Source of the DNA: Eledone cirrhosa
Taxonomy: Eukaryota
Assembly (NCBI GenBank): GCA_964016885.1
Contig: OZ024742.1
Location: 222,394,001-222,458,000 of the forward strand
Length of the DNA: 64,000 nt
Direction of reading: 5' to 3'
This document shows positions 62,415 to 64,000 of this stretch, piece after piece. The notes beneath the pieces are model-generated. The model did not search any database. It saw only the letters and a list, made by a program, of their open reading frames with translations, and had not been told where the DNA came from. Numbering within the stretch: the first letter of the stretch is position 1; each line of letters opens with the position of its first letter. A program made the translations under genes and the position numbers.

Positions 62415-62790
62415 TCATGGAGAGAAATGAAGCAAGTATGCTCCGTTGGATGTGCAATGTCAATGTGCGTGAACGACCAAGCATGGACGAGTTGAGAAAG
62501 AAACTGGGTATAAGTGTGGTGTGCAGGAGAGAAGGCTGAGATGGTATGGGCATGTGATGCGCATGGAGGATGACCGCTGAGTAAAGAAGTGCCAAGAAAT
62601 CCCAGTAGAAGGAAGAAGCAGTAGAGGAAGACCACGTAAAACATGGGCGGAGGTGGTGAGAGCAGACCTCAGATCACTGAAACTCACCGAGGAGATGACG
62701 AAGGATCGTGACAAGTGAAAAGATGCTGTGGTGAATAGGACCTGTCCAACCCTTGCAAGCAGGGAAAAGCAGACATAAAATGGTGATGAT
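62415..62790 (+). mobile_element. RTE LINE 3' fragment (same family as 6244-8826)
   Basis: Colinear with the reverse complement of 6270-6650, with frameshifts and stops, ending gcaagcagggaaaagcagacataaaatggtgatgat. Confidence 0.88.
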
Positions 62791-62793
62791 ATA

Positions 62794-62982
62794 TATAACA
62801 AAATTTAATATAGAAATGGCTTCTACTGGACTAGAAGTGTTTCATTCGAAGGAAATCATCAGGCTTTCCTGATGATTTCCTTCAAATGAAACACTTCTGT
62901 AGAAGCCATTTCTATATTAAATTTTGTTGTATACACTCTACTAATGTATTGAGTACCTTACTTACCTCCGATTGAACCTGGC
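62794..62982. mobile_element. Hairpin-plus-tail insertion with a decayed hammerhead-like core, probable Penelope-like relic
   Basis: Arms of about 68 bp around a cttt loop. Each arm has CTGATGA..12 nt..GAAAC. One-sided tail of about 50 nt and microsatellite flanks. Confidence 0.55.
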
Positions 62983-64000
62983 ACACACACACATATTTAT
63001 ATATATAAATATCAGAGTAAACGAGGTATCGTTTAAGGTTATCCAAGGAGAGGTTACGAGTAATCTGTAACATGGAGGATTTTAACTTATCCGTGTTAAT
63101 CTTCACTCATTTGTTATATATATATATATATATATATAACAGCTAAACCTAGATAAAGCACATGTGTATGTATGATCAGATGGAGTCTCTATCATTAAAA
63201 CAACCAAGAAACCTATGAGATGCAATCTTGTAGGAGGCCAGTTCAACTTATGTAGGTGTAAGCCCTAGCAATATGTGTATGACATGACTGGGACTGCTAT
63301 CATTAAAAGATCCAAGAAATTTCTTATGAGATGCAGCCTCATAGAAGGCCAGCTACATAATCTACATAGGTGTGAGCCCTAACAATAACACACGTGTGTG
63401 ACTGAAGTCAGGGGGCTTATCAGGCTGGTACTTATCCCAGTTTATGTAGCATGAAGCGACTGAGAGTATATGACTTCCCCCAACAACTACAGATTAGTAA
63501 ATCCTTCTTACTTACCTCCTCCCTGTAGGATTCTATATAATACTACAGTATTATCAACTAATATTTTTCTAACTAAATGTTGTTGCATAATGTGTGTTAC
63601 AATGTATTTGCAATAACTTCTTGTTAAATGTATTGTCAGTAGATTTTCTATCAGGAACTAATTTACACTGATCTCAGCACATTTTTCTAAATCTAGCTAC
63701 ATATTTATATCTTCTCTGATATCTGTGAATGAACTGTTTGTTGTCTGATGTCTCTTAAATGCAAACTTAGGCATATGTGTATGTATGTATGTTCATGTTT
63801 ATGTATGTGTGTGTGTGTGTGTGTGTGCATATGTTCATGTATGTGTATGTATGTGCATATGTTCATGTGTGTATCTGTGTATGTTCATGTGTGACAGTAT
63901 TGAAAAACAGACATTAAATGATGATTTATATATGAACACACACACATACATACATACATATATACATACATATATATATATATAAATCCCAAATACAATT

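Noticed and set aside
63495-63545. Minus-strand cag|ggaggag|gtaagt possible 7-nt exon
   Set aside because: Weak pyrimidine tract, frame-shifting length and no other support.

Overview
This is AT-rich, repeat-saturated eukaryotic (metazoan) DNA, probably from an octopus or other coleoid cephalopod. That call rests on my recognition of the SINE families and was not verified. No intact host gene, rRNA, true tRNA gene or CRISPR array is visible, and most ORFs in the track are microsatellite artefacts. The window holds retroelement relics: a 5'-truncated, disrupted RTE LINE (6244-8826, minus) with a PHD-like Cys/His insert, several more RTE 3' ends, a Tx1/L1-like 3' end, a CRE-like fragment, and a Penelope-like element with a GIY-YIG ORF and inverted pseudo-LTRs (48432-49888). 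Related hairpin-plus-tail relics and minimal hammerhead-ribozyme motifs recur across the window. DNA transposon relics include a decayed DD41D/rosa-type Tc1/mariner and hAT, mariner, pogo/Tc2 and TTAA MITEs. There are many tRNA-derived SINEs and three long tandem arrays (about 46 bp, 34/37 bp and 47 bp units). The 47-bp array has visibly grown out of a SINE internal segment. One plausible 82-bp host exon lies at 22308-22389 (plus). The most interesting signals are the Penelope hairpin/tail/hammerhead architecture, SINE-to-satellite birth seen at several stages, and RTE/SINE chimerism. These extend known biology, and I cannot claim an entirely new system from sequence alone. Boundaries and copy numbers were read by eye and are approximate.
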